The position numbers and the translations under genes were made by a program. A DNA stretch of 64,000 bases, from the NCBI RefSeq assembly GCF_902652985.1, contig NC_047023.1, positions 36,766,001 through 36,830,000 of the forward strand, read 5' to 3'. This stretch comes from Pecten maximus (lineage: Eukaryota). Below are positions 14,618 to 26,836 of the stretch, piece after piece (the first letter of the stretch is position 1; each line of letters starts with the position of its first letter). A model generated the notes under the pieces. The model made no database searches. It was not told the origin of the DNA and was given only the letters and a program-made list of their open reading frames with translations.

Positions 14618-17600
14618 TACTGGTGTGTCGTAAATAACGGCATAATATACATGTACCGCTCTACTGGGGTGTTGTAAATACCATCAAAATCTACCGCTCT
14701 ACTGGGGTGTCGTAAATAACAACATAATCTACCGCTCTACTGGGGTGTCGTCAATAACAACATAATCTACCACTCTACTGGAGTGTCGTAAATAACAACA
14801 TAATCTACCGCTCTACTGGAGTGTCGTAAATAACAACATAATATACCACCCTACTGGGGTGTCGTAAATAACATCATAATCTACCACTCTACTGGGGTGT
14901 CGTAAATAACAACATAATTCACCACTCTACTGAGAAGTCGTAAATAACAACATGATCTACCACTCTACTGGGGTGTCGTAAATAACAACATAATCTACCA
15001 CTCTACTGGGGTGTCGTAAATAACAACATAATCTACCACTCTACTGGGGTGTCGTAAATAACAACATAATCTACCACTCTACTGGGGTGTCGTAAATAAC
15101 AACATGATTCACCACTCTACTGGGGTGTCGTAAATAACAACATAATCTACCACTCTACTGGGGTGTCGTAAATAACAACACAATCTACCCCTCTACTAGG
15201 GTGTCGTAAATAACAACATAATATACCACTCTACTAGGGTGTCGTAAATAACAACATAATCTACCACTCTACTGGGGTGTCGTAAATGACAACGTAATCT
15301 ACCACTCTACTGAAGTGTTGTAAATAACAACATAATCTACCGCTCTACTGGGGTGTCGTAAATAACAACATAATCTACCACTCTACTGGGGTGTCGTAAA
15401 TAACAACATATTATACCACTCTACTGGAGTGTCGTAAATAACAACATAATCTACCTCTCTACTGGGGTGTCGTAAATAACAACATAATCTACCGCTCTAC
15501 CGGGGTGTCGTAAATAACAACATAATCTACCACTCTTCTGGGAAGTCGTAAATAACAACATAATCTACCACTCTACTGGGGTGTCGTAAATAACAACATA
15601 ATATACCGCTCTACTGGGAAGTCGTAAATAACAACATAATATACCGCTCTACTGGAGTGTCGTAAATAACAACATAATCTACCCCTCTACTAGGGTGTCG
15701 TAAATAACAACATAATCTACCGCTCTACCGGGGTGTCGTAAATAACAACATAATCTACTGCTCTACTGGGAAGTCGTAAATAACAACATAATATACCGCT
15801 CTACTGGAGTGTCGTAAATAACAACATAATCTACCCCTCTACTGGGGTGTCGTAAATAACAACATAATCTACCGCTCTACCGGGGTGTCGTAAATAACAA
15901 CATAATCTACCACTCTACTGGGAAGTCGTAAATAACAACATAATCTACCGCTCTACTGGGGTGTCGTAAATGACAACGTAATCTACCACTCTACTGGGGT
16001 GTCGTAAATGACAACGTAATCTACCACTCTACTGAAGTGTTGTAAATAACAACATAATCTACCGCTCTACTGGGGTGTCGTAAATAACAACATAATCTAC
16101 CACTCTACTGGGGTGTCGTAAATAACAACATATTATACCACTCTACTGGAGTGTCGTAAATAACAACATAATCTACCTCTCTACTGGGGTGTCGTAAATA
16201 ACAACATAATCTACCGCTCTACTGGGGTGTCGTAAATAACAACATAATCTACCGCTCTACTGGAGTGTCATAAATAACAACATAATATACCGCTCTACTG
16301 GGGTGTCGTAAATAACAACATAATCTACCACTCTACTGGGGTGTCGTAAATAACAACATAATATACCGCTCTACTGGAGTGTCGTAAATAACAACATAAT
16401 ATACCGCTCTACTGGGGTGTCGTAAATAACAACATAATCTACCACTCTACTGGAGTGTCGTAAATAACAACATAATCTACCCCGCTAATGGAGTGTCGTA
16501 AATAACAACATTATCTACCACTCTACTGGGGTGTCGTAAATAACAACATAATCTACAACTATACTGGGTTGCCGTAAATAACAACATAATGTACCACTCT
16601 ACTGGGGTGTCGTAAATAACAACATAATGTACCACTCTACTGGAGTGTCGTAAATAACAACATAATCTACCACTCTACTGGGGTGTCGTAAATAACAACA
16701 TAATCTACCACTCTACTGGGGTGTCGTAAATAACAACATAATCTACCACTCTACTGGGGTGTCGTAAATAACAACATAATCTACCACTCTACTGGGGTGT
16801 CGTAAATAACAACATAATCTACCACTCTACTGGGGTGTCGTAAATAACAACATAATATACCGCTCTACTGGAGTGTCGTAAATAACAACATAATCTACCA
16901 CTCTACTGGGGTGTCGTAAATAACAACATAATCTACCACTCTACTGGGGTGTCGTAAATAACAACATAATCTACCACTCTACTGGGGTGTCGTAAATAAC
17001 AACATAATATACCGCTCTACTGGAGTGTCGTAAATAACAACATAATCTACCACTCTACTGGGGTGTCGTAAATAACAACATAATCTACCACTCTACTGGG
17101 GTGTCGTAAATAACAACATAATCTACCACTCTACTGGGGTGTCGTAAATAACAACATAATCTACCACTCTACTGGGGTGTCGTAAATAACAACATAATCT
17201 ACCACTCTACTGGGGTGTCGTAAATAACAACATAATCTACCGCTCTACTGGGGTGTCGTAAATAACAACATAATATACCGCTCTACTGGAGTGTCGTAAA
17301 TAACAACATAATATACCGCTCTACTGGGGTGTCGTAAATAACAACATAATCTACCACTCTACTGGAGTGTCGTAAATAACAACATAATCTACCCCGCTAA
17401 TGGAGTGTCGTAAATAACAACATTATCTACCACTCTACTGGGGTGTCGTAAATAACAACATAATCTACAACTATACTGGGTTGCCGTAAATAACAACATA
17501 ATGTACCACTCTACTGGGGTGTCGTAAATAACAACATAATGTATCACTCTACTGGAGTGTCGTAAATAACAACATAATCTACCACTCTACTGGGGTGTCG

Positions 17601-18423
17601 TAAATAACAACATAATCTACCACTCTACTGGGGTGTCGTAAATAACAACATAATCTACCACTTTACTGGGGTGTCGTAAATAACAACATAATCTACCACT
17701 CTACTGGGGTGTCGTAAATAACAACATAATCTACCACTCTACTGGGGTGTCGTAAATAACAACATAATATACCGCTCTACTGGAGTGTCGTAAATAACAA
17801 CATAATCTACCACTCTACTGGGGTGTCGTAAATAACAACATAATCTACCACTCTACTGGGGTGTCGTAAATAACAACATAATCTACCACTCTACTGGGGT
17901 GTCGTAAATAACAACATAATATACCGCTCTACTGGAGTGTCGTAAATAACAACATAATCTACCACTCTACTGGGGTGTCGTAAATAACAACATAATCTAC
18001 CACTCTACTGGGGTGTCGTAAATAACAACATAATCTACCACTCTACTGGGGTGTCGTAAATAACAACATAATCTACCACTCTACTGGGGTGTCGTAAATA
18101 ACAACATAATCTACCACTCTACTGGGGTGTCGTAAATAACAACATAATCTACCGCTCTACTGGAGTGTCGTAAATAACAACATAATCTACCACTCTACTG
18201 GGGTGTCGTAAATAACAACATAATCTACCACTCTACTGGGGTGTTGTAAATAACAACATAATATACCACTCTACTAGGGTGTCGTAAATAACAACACAAT
18301 CTACCCCTCTACTAGGGTGTCGTAAATAACAACATAATCTACCACTCTACTGAGGTGTCGTAAATAACAACATAATCTACCACTCACTAGGGTGTCGTAA
18401 ATGACAACGTAATCTACCACTCT
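14618..18423. repeat. Satellite/minisatellite, 38-bp unit CTCTACTGGGGTGTCGTAAATAACAACATAATCTACCA, about 99 copies, with internal block duplications
   Basis: Read directly. Units are head-to-tail with no unique spacers. Diagnostic variants recur at offsets of 722 bp (19 units) and 912 bp (24 units). Confidence 0.98.
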
Positions 18424-18625
18424 TTAAAAGCAGTAAATGCTGATATGAAAACGGCTTATTGAGTGTCATTTGAAAATTGTGTATAATTTGGAGAATCATA
18501 TCATATATGTTTAACACTTTACGTACAGAATATACATGTATAAGAATAGTTATGGTTCATACATAGGCAGAGTGTAAACAATGTGTAAGGAGTAGCTGTC
18601 GATCTCATTTTATCTCAGAAGGCTT

Positions 18626-18649
18626 TTCACAAAATTAAGATTTTGTGAA
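18626..18649. other. Perfect hairpin TTCACAAAAT-TAAG-ATTTTGTGAA, possibly a collapsed MITE remnant
   Basis: 10-bp perfect inverted repeat with a 4-nt loop, seen directly. Origin is inference. Confidence 0.5.
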
Positions 18650-21600
18650 CAGGAACTTAAAATCGTCAAGGACGGGTTATAAAAACATTCCAACCGTATG
18701 AAGAATTTGTAAAACCTGCAATTCATTTGTGAATTGATTGCATTTCTTTCTTTAACTGGTCTCCTCATCAATATTCATGAAAAAGGTATTCTTCTCAGAT
18801 CGGAAGCTTATTTAATTCTACATTATGTGATCATGCTCATATATTTTCATCTGATGATACAAATCAGATACTTCAGACCTGTTTATCTATTAAAGAGTCA
18901 TTAGAACTGAGGAAAAATGAGGCTTCACACAGTTTGACTTTATATCATGTAAATTGGTTTACTAAGTTCTGTTTGTTACGAGTTGAAAGCCATCAACTTA
19001 TTACTGTAATTATAAATGTGCTAATAAAGTGTAATTGATATAAATATAAAATGTAATTGCGTCTATTTATTTTAATTGAATAATGTATAAAATACTCCGA
19101 TAGGTAATTAAAAACTCAGAGGAATTTAAAATTCTTTTTCCATAGTGATAATGAAATTTAATTCTCTTCTGTAGGATAGGGGCACACAGGTAGTCTTTGT
19201 AAAACACAAATTTAGTACATCTGTCTTCATATAACGGTGTCTGCCTACCAGCACTAGTCAAGCTGTAACGTGTTAATGCAAAACCATGAACGGATTGGGA
19301 ATTATGACGTTATTAATAATCAGATATTTGTTTTCTATTTCAGAGATATTTTACGACCGACGTTTTATGTCGGTGTTACTGTATGTGTTTACTAGATTGT
19401 TGACTACAACTCTAGAGGTGCGTTTCCGAGACCTTGTTTTTGCCGTATTGTTGCTAGACCTTTCTCATCACAGTTTCTGTGTTCTAGTAACAAGAAAATA
19501 GCTCTTAACACAATTTCAATGACTGTTTCCATTCTCAGACAATTGAAGACGGCAATAACGAGTATAATGATGTCAATGTAATAGACCTATGCTTCTCAAT
19601 ATGGTTATTCAACAGGCCTGCTCCTCTTTGTATATTCGCCCCGACTAGGAAACGCTCCAGGGGGAGGTATAATCGATATATTAAATTGAAAACTGCAGAC
19701 ATTAAAGTTACATGCAAATGGAGGAGAAGTAAATGGCTTTAATAGACACGAATTCACAGAGCAAATATGTAATCTTCTTATTTGAGAATCAGGTTACGAG
19801 TGTAAAAGTCAGAAAATCTTGTGAGAGATTCTAGGTTTCTGGCGTTGTTTGATAAAGAAAGGCAAGTATACTTACCATTGTATGCATATAACATGAAAAT
19901 GTTCATAAAAGGAAATGTGTTTCATGTTCACGTGAGTGGCACGTGTTCTTGTCAACACACTTATGTTTTACATAACAATGACCATTTGTCCTCAGAAATA
20001 CACGTATTTACATGTTACAGGTATACTTATGTGCTAATGAATGTTTGATTTTGCATTGTTTTGAAGTCTATCGACTACTGAAGTCATTCAAGGCCAATAA
20101 ATGTATGTGCATTGCATGTTACTGACGAATTGATTAATGTAAACGAAATAAACGCAAATGACATATGTTCTATTAATGCGCGTGCATTGAACGCTAGTGG
20201 CCATTGTTTCAGTTACTGCATGTGCACTATACGCTAATGATTGATGTTTCAATTAATGAATGTGTATTGCATGTCAATGCATGTGCATCACAAATATAAT
20301 TTATATAGATATACGTATATGATACAAAGTTATGGCGTAGATTTCTATTCAAATTTTAAGGATTTCAATGATGAAAAAAATATCATTGAGTTTGGCCTAT
20401 TTCTCTTCGCTTTGTTACAATCATTTTCAACATGAAATGAAAGAAACGCGATGAAATCAAATGAATAGGGAATATTTCGCATAAAAAGATTCATTGTAAA
20501 TGAGAATTCAACGTTTGGAATTGTTATAATTATAGTATGCAGATTTCTTGTTGCAAAATAACCAGTTCGTAACAAATGCAATATTTCCTGATAGCTTTAT
20601 TCGAACGTAATGATTAAAATGTATTTTTGTAACGTCTTGTAGGCGACGTTCTAACTCTGTTTAAGAACAATTGTGTCCAGACCATACTTTCATTTTAGAA
20701 TTGAGTATCGTACAAAAACGTAGCCTAATTGTAGAGAATTAGACAGCAGCAGGAGACGCTTTTGAAATATGTGAAACTATAAGATTAAACAGACAGCATT
20801 CTGTGTTTAATTTGTGAAACATTATAATGTTTAATTCCGAATACATGCCCATAAAACAACTCAAAAGGATATTGGCACTAACGAGCCTTAGCGAACCGTT
20901 GTCTGTTATCGGAGGCGAAAGATTACCAAAGCATATTACATTTTGGCAGAACAGCAGATGAAAGGACAAAGGAAGGAACACGTTAAACTTGCCTTAGGTG
21001 TCCAGTATTCCTTCCAACAGAAGAAGATTTTAATTGATGTTGTCGGCCTCTCTATATTCTCAAGGTAGGAAGCTGTTAGTACTTCTGTCGTATCTATTGT
21101 CGACAGATCTTTCCTAAAGGCAATGACCTTGAGAATTTTACAACGTGCCATAGTTCCGACAAGAAGCTCCACTTATCAGAGAGGCGACTATACAATGCAT
21201 CATATTTTTCTTTTTTTCTTATTTTCCCCAAAAATAGATACATGATGCTATTTAAAAACATTTTTTTTTCAATCTACAAAGATATATCCGGAGGCTTTAG
21301 AAATTATCATATATACCTAAAGATATATTATTTATATGATTCTGCACAATATCGTAATAATGCATTAACTTCTATGTATGAAATGTATAACTGATTGTTG
21401 ATGTTGCGATTTCGGGACTCTAACGTATAAACTACAATTCAGATTGATTGATTATCCATTAAAAGTATTCACAAAGAAGGATTTCGGTATTAAGCATCTT
21501 TATGTAATTTGTAACTTGCTTCCTTCAAGTATAAAGTTAAATTTAATGCATTTCCGTGTTGTGTCTATAATTTTGTCTTTAGCTGATTGGAAAGGTGCTA

Positions 21601-21890
21601 TTTCGTTCTTCAAAATCGTATTGTTCTGGGATTTTTTGAAGTAATACCCTCTGACTGACGTACATACAACCAATCGTATTTCCTCGTTTCAGGATATCAG
21701 GACAGCTTAAAGCTACTGGCATAACCACTAAATGTTAACTGTTTGAAACACATCTCAAATCGTTTACAGCACACTTTAGACACAAAGACGTTATCCCGGT
21801 CCCAGGGCTATCCCAGACAATATAAAAGTTACTGGTTCACATGCAAAGGCACTTGTACTTAAGCTATATATAGGTCATATAAAAAGTTTA

Positions 21891-21937
21891 GAAGAAGAAG
21901 AAGAAGAAGAAGAAGAAGAAGAAGAAGAAGAAGAAGA
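21891..21937. repeat. (GAA)15 microsatellite
   Basis: Direct count. Confidence 0.99.
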
Positions 21938-24250
21938 TTTGTATGCGTCGTTAGGTGTCGCCACATGGTTTTCAGCAGTCCGACGGACTACCTTTTAAGA
22001 ATCAACGATCAATTTAATGGCGGGGCTTAACTATGGTAGGATATATTTTGTAAATATTAGATTACAATCTCTGGAATTTTTACCGGCCAGATCGCTGAGA
22101 GATTTAGGATTAACTAAGACCAACTAATTCCTATAGAAATGGCAAAATGCGTTGTGATTTATTGATAGTGGGCTACAAGATTTGGATCACGAAAGCGTCT
22201 AACGCTTCAGTTTGTAAGCAGTGATATTTTTTTGTGGAACCACTATGTCCCGCCAAAATGTCACCTTATGGTAAGCTTCTAGAGGACAATGATCTGAAGA
22301 TTGTAGTCTTGCCATGCATTTAAAAACTGCCAGCATTTTAATGACTGATTCGAGGTTTAACATACAATAAAATAGGTCACGGTCCACTCAGAAAATAAAG
22401 CCACTAATCAGTGTTCCTGCACTTTTGATGTCAATTTTTGACGACCATAGTTGAAGTTTTGATATGTTTGCATGTATCTAACAAGAAACTGACAGCTTTC
22501 CGTAATCTGAACCTGGTAAAAGATGTCGTCATGATAACTGAGAATGAAATTTATTCTTTCCCTTCAACGCGATGACGTCTGTTCAATCATTCTCTGATTA
22601 ATGTATGTTTGATAGAATTAAGTCCACAGAAAGGGTCTGGATGATTTGGTTCGCGAAGAATATTTGATTGTCAACAAAGGCTTTACAGCTCGTCGACTAT
22701 TGTCTCATAAAGTCAGTGATGTTGGATAATATGGCGTTAATTCTTCAAATGCTATCCCTTTAGAAATATCAGGAAAGGAGAGGACATGCAGGATACATTT
22801 ATTCCAGATAAAACAGTTATTGATAATAATGATAGATAATATGTTACCATGACAATAAGGCATGGCCAAACGACAGATGACAGCACATCAGTTATAGAAG
22901 AAGATAAACACGATGCTTGAAGGAGAACGAGGTAACAGTCTTATATTGTTGTTTTTAAACCTTACTTCAGACCTAAAACACAGATGAATCAATAATATAC
23001 AGTCAAATCTTCAAAAAGACATCAACATATACAACGATACAATTCTGTAATATAACACGATGATTCAACAAGGCTGTCATCTTCTCTTCACCACTAAACG
23101 TAGCCATCTTCCCTACACCACCAAACGTAGCATGATATAAAATTGTATTGTAGAAGTTGTCGAGGAGACAATTAGTTACCAACGGTACAGTAAACGCAAC
23201 TTTACGTTTTGCAACTTCTTCAAGTTGTTTGAATGGTTTATAGTTGTTTATTATCATACTAATTGTACCCGGCATGCATTATAATGACAATAATTATCAT
23301 ATTGACATGTTTACCGTTCGAGTAAGGTACTTAAATACTATCTATATCCCCCATCCATTCTCCTTATACTCTTGTGGTGTAAGACACACCGCCCCACAGT
23401 GTTTACACTCCCAATTACAATACCCTCATGAGGATCGTTTGGAAACTGTTTATTAATTTAGTCTCAAGATTTAATCCCTTACAAAGACAGTTAATAGCTT
23501 TCAATTATTTGCTTACTTTTGCCTTTCGCGTTGAATAACATTCAATCACATTTGTGTAGAAGTAGATTTAGATCTAATCCAACATGTTATTTGAGACGAT
23601 ATTTTTTTTCTATATCGTTATCGAATTTTTCTGTTCTAACTATACCTGAGAAATATGCAAACAAATAAACTGAGGTCATGTTCTAAATAATTGTTTTTCA
23701 AACGAGCAAAATGACGTCATTCCTGATATATATATATATATATGTATACACAATGTATTGATACACATTGTAAGGTAAATGCTTTAATTAGATAAAGCAT
23801 ACCTAGTATATTTTATATAGATTTTCCTCATAATCCGTAATGGTTTTATGAAGATTTGAGGAGACATTTTCATGAGCTTAACTTACATTTTACCGATATA
23901 AGTGCTGACTTCAAGTTATATGGTGCTATGTGAGCGCCAGAATAACCGGAAGGCCTTTGAATGCCGATTTCTTATACACACATTTTATTTGGGTTTTGGC
24001 TTTTATAAATATTTTAAACGAGCCAAGGTATAAATGAAGGATAAAACGTATACTAATTTCTTTGTTTGGAAGAAATAGGATTATGATAAAATGAATTACA
24101 TGTATCAATTGGTTGGAATGTGGTGGGGCAGACCACTCCCACCGGGTGTTTTAAGGCAAAACCTACATTATATCGTCAGCGCATCAATATAAAACACTAC
24201 AATACCAACTGTCAAGGCAAAGTGTACCACAGTTTCAATATAGAAAGGTA

Positions 24251-24467
24251 TACTATATCACATGAAGTATTTATGTATACTTTCTTTCGTGGTTTAGAGC
24301 TTTCAAATCATTTCGTGGGTGAAAACGTTCGTGGTTACCCAATACAACAATGATATGACAATAATATATAGAACAATATTCGTCGTATTCATATTTTTGG
24401 TTTCCATAGCAACCAGGAAAACAACTAAAGCTGATACACAACGAATTTTACATGTTATACACTAGTA
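24251..24467. mobile_element. Degenerate MITE-like remnant (TACT...AGTA ends, internal TTCGTGG motifs)
   Basis: Ends TACTATATCACAT / ATGTTATACACTAGTA are loosely inverted. Repeated TTCGTGG words resemble, from memory, an abundant bivalve TA-flanked MITE class. Contains GTTTCCATAGCAAC (X-box-like) at 24400-24413. Confidence 0.4.
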
Positions 24468-25343
24468 GTTTGTCTACAAGTGAAGGTAAAACTGGAAATC
24501 AAACTCAACATATTACCCCTTGAAATAGAATGACTCTAAATAGGATTGAGAGCCGAATTGAAACAAAACGGAATCTACTGTATCTACTTTTATCTTGTCA
24601 GAAGTAGGTCGAGGGCACCTTAGAACATAGACAATGAATAGGTGATTATGGCAAACAAGAGACATTGCAACTCAAAACCAGGTTATGGTTTTAGACTGTA
24701 AAATCCACCAACGTAGATCGATTTTTACCCTGTAGAAAACCCTGTTTATCAAGATTATTCGGGAACATGACGCATACTTATCTAAAAGAAGAAATAAATG
24801 TCCATAAAATGCTGCCACATTCCTCAAGTGTATAAAAACGTATTTTGGACATCCTACATACTGTATAATGCTTATTTGACCTGTATGTCAAAGTAGCGTC
24901 ATTACTGTTGGCTGATATGTTATGGTATGTTACATCTGTGTTTCCATATGTTCTGTGATAAGTTAACCTTCAGGACAAACAGACAGTACACGTAAAAAAC
25001 ACAAAATACCATCTTCTCACCCGTCAGGAATCAAATCAGTCAGTCAGGACGTACGACGTCGTTTGACAAGCAGTCTAGATGTTTTCGGTTAAGAATTCCG
25101 GGTTTTTATCCTTCTAATTGACGTATTTGACCTTCCAGTGTGACATATTATTACTAGTGGGGTGACACCTAAAGGAGTGTCACAGAAAGAATGAAGTGTA
25201 GTTAGGGAAGATAACTCTGGATGAGCATGAAAGACAGAAAAAAATAAATGCTGAGAGTGATACAGAAATGTCCGTCTTGAGTTCAGAGGTTCCATGCACG
25301 AGTCCTGGTTTACATCAAAATCGTTCAATGTCAATATTTCGAC

Positions 25344-25790
25344 AAATAAGAAGCATCAGCGTGGTTATATGGCAAGAAAAACCGTGAGGTTGAATTTGCA
25401 TCTAAAAGTTGACCGATTGAATTCCTCAATGTGGTTGCTATGGCAATGAATCCCATGTGGTTGAATTCGAATTCCCCTATTTACAAAAATGTACCATTTT
25501 GCATCCAAATCCATTGTCTAAACTTCGACAAATCAGAAACCTTGATATGGCAATGATACCCATGCAATGGAATTCGCAGTCCCCTAATACCAATATATAC
25601 CATATACCAATGATAATCGAAATCAAACAATATCTAAATTTTTACCAGTCAGAGGCAAATAAGTCTGTGGCGGCCATCTTGGCTGACCGATCGGAAAATA
25701 AAAGATCAGTTGCAAACCCCATGACATTGAAGAACATTTGTGTCAATTTTTTTTTAAGTTGGCTACTAAATAGATTATTGGTTATCTTAT
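25344..25790 (+). mobile_element. Non-autonomous Helentron-associated (HINE/pearl-like) element fragment
   Basis: Two diverged internal core repeats 107 bp apart (TTGCTATGGCAATGA..GAATTCG..TCCCCTA at 25435 and TTGATATGGCAATGA..GAATTCG..TCCCCTA at 25542). Also GGCGGCCATCTTGG and AACATTTGTGTCAA motifs, typical of such bivalve cores. Family assignment is from recall, not from a search. Confidence 0.5.
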
Positions 25791-25792
25791 AA

Positions 25793-25980
25793 CACTGGTA
25801 ACCCCAAAAACCTTTATTTCCTTTCCTTTAGCATAAATACCTTCACTTGCTCTTAATTTCCTCACTTTCACTTAATTTTCTGACTTGCACTTAATTTATT
25901 CCCGCGACATTTAAAACTCAAAAATACGTTTACAAATTAATACTGGCGCGAGGAAATTGAAGGTTTGAGGGTTACCACTG
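25793..25980. mobile_element. 188-bp MITE with about 30-bp terminal inverted repeats, Tc1/mariner-like
   Basis: Left end CACTGGTAACCCCAAAAACCTTTATTTCCT; right end reverse complement CAGTGGTAACCCTCAAACCTTCAATTTCCT. TA follows the right end; AA precedes the left end (degraded TA TSD). Confidence 0.8.
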
Positions 25981-26079
25981 TAATAATTTTCACAATTCTT
26001 CAGTTTTCTGGAATATGACACATTAATTGATTATGAGACATCAATTGGCATCTATGCAAGCATACGTTATGGTCTCTCG

Positions 26080-26190
26080 TGTGTTGTTGTTCAGTGAGGT
26101 AGTCACCCACTACTATAAGGAGACCCAGACTCAAAACGATCCTGATTGCAATATATACACGTGTTGATAAAACAACCAAACAATCAACCC
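26080..26190 (+). mobile_element. Possible SINE 3' fragment
   Basis: TTCAGTGAGGTAG...ACTATAAGGAGAC followed by an AAACAACCAAACAATCAAC simple-repeat tail, resembling molluscan SINE ends from memory. No head region visible. Confidence 0.3.
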
Positions 26191-26419
26191 TAAGTTCATC
26201 TTAGTAACAGATGTACTCGCGGTATTCTAATCGACAAATAATTACATATACGATAAAAGATCAAAACAAATGTCATCTATATCATTATGATGTCAAAATC
26301 AGGGCTTCTAGGGACCACCCAACCAAATAGAAAATAGATTGTGGGTTTTTCCCGTTTGGGCAGAAGATTTAATAGGAAGGTGAATGCATCCGGGCCTACT
26401 GATTGGATATTTAGGTGAC

Positions 26420-26836
26420 TGTTGACGTAACATCCGCCACCTCTCAATAAAATACGACCCTTTTTCAAAACCCTATTGTGTCCGTTCTATGAAAGATATA
26501 GAAAAACTAAAGATAAGCTTTTCTTCAGAACTATCTCTTCTTGTTTTGTTTGGAGTTTCAGATTTTTGGATTAAAACGCTGATTTTTAAGGACCTGTTAA
26601 ACAGAAGCTACCGGTCAAAGTGACGATTTTGGCATGTTTGACCCAAAATATCTCATAAATACGAATTTCCACAGGGATACCAAATACATCCAGACCTAGA
26701 TCGAGCCGAGTTTTACAACGGTTCAAAAGACCATCAAAATTGTATGTGCCATTTTTTCCGCTCCCAAATCGCTACAATAGCCGGCAAAAATGGCGAATTA
26801 GCTCATACTATCATTACGTTCCGTAAGGAACGATAA
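26420..26836 (+). mobile_element. Probable transposon fragment ending in a Helentron/Helitron-like terminal hairpin
   Basis: Perfect hairpin CGTTCC-GTAA-GGAACG (26817-26832) followed by ATAA. Left boundary is uncertain. Confidence 0.3.

Noticed and set aside
14618-18423. CRISPR array (38-bp hairpin-forming repeats)
   Set aside because: Units are contiguous with no unique spacers, there are no cas genes, and the context is eukaryotic.
14654-18423. Iron-responsive element array on the minus strand (stem-CAGUA-stem)
   Set aside because: An IRE needs a CAGUGN hexaloop and a single bulged C; here the loop is CAGUA and the bulge is GA.
24726-24737. miR-10-like TACCCTGTAGAA
   Set aside because: Only the first 12 nt match, the 3' half differs, and no precursor hairpin is evident.
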